This document shows positions 17,443 through 17,662 of a DNA stretch of 17,662 nt, in pieces. Below the pieces are notes generated by a model. The model saw only the letters and a program-made list of their open reading frames with translations. It had not been told where the DNA came from and ran no database searches. The position numbers and the translations under genes were made by a program. Source of the DNA: Gammaproteobacteria bacterium (GTDB lineage Bacteria; Pseudomonadota; Gammaproteobacteria; GCA-001735895); the NCBI GenBank assembly GCA_050298595.1, contig JBNKUM010000097.1, forward strand, positions 1 through 17,662, read 5' to 3'. How positions within the stretch are numbered: the stretch's first letter is position 1; each line of letters begins with the position of its first letter.

Positions 17443-17662
17443 GTGAGTGCCACCTTTTGAGTCTTGCACGACAGACCGTGGAGCATATTTTAAAACGGGT
17501 GCGGCACTGGCTGAGCAGTCGAGATAATAGTTGTAATATTTCCCTCTGTGGGCAGAGGTACTGAATTTCGTTGAAGGCGCTGCTTAGTATAATCACCATG
17601 GATAGGATGGGATACTAACGGCACATGAAAAACCAAGTTCACCTTTAACCATAAAGGAAAAC

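Noticed and set aside
1-17662. CRISPR array, tRNA or rRNA
   Set aside because: No regularly spaced direct repeats, cloverleaf or rRNA-like sequence was seen by eye.

Overview
Accessory region of a probable gammaproteobacterium showing strong genome erosion. About nine genes look intact: a DMT/EamA transporter, an HU-like protein, a PilZ protein, an omega-like GST, a 135-aa cassette ORF, a YraN-family protein, a membrane-anchored receiver protein, a Y1/HUH transposase and a PEP-CTERM protein. They are interspersed with about ten pseudogene relics, most missed or only partly captured by the ORF track: an IS110/IS1111 transposase, a PKD/Ig/SUEL-lectin lipoprotein, DUF5060-like and alkaline-phosphatase fragments, an S9 peptidase, an alpha/beta hydrolase, a DUF1851/Tdi1-like protein, an IS1182 transposase, feruloyl-CoA synthetase and a GH10 xylanase. 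Non-coding signals include a degenerate integron attC site between cassette-like ORFs (a decayed array with no intI in the window), two MITE-like inverted-repeat elements, IS1111-type subterminal IRs, and a sigma-54 promoter with tandem enhancer boxes before the PEP-CTERM gene. No rRNA, tRNA or CRISPR array was seen, and no complete novel multi-gene system is evident. All family assignments come from motif recognition by eye, not database searches.
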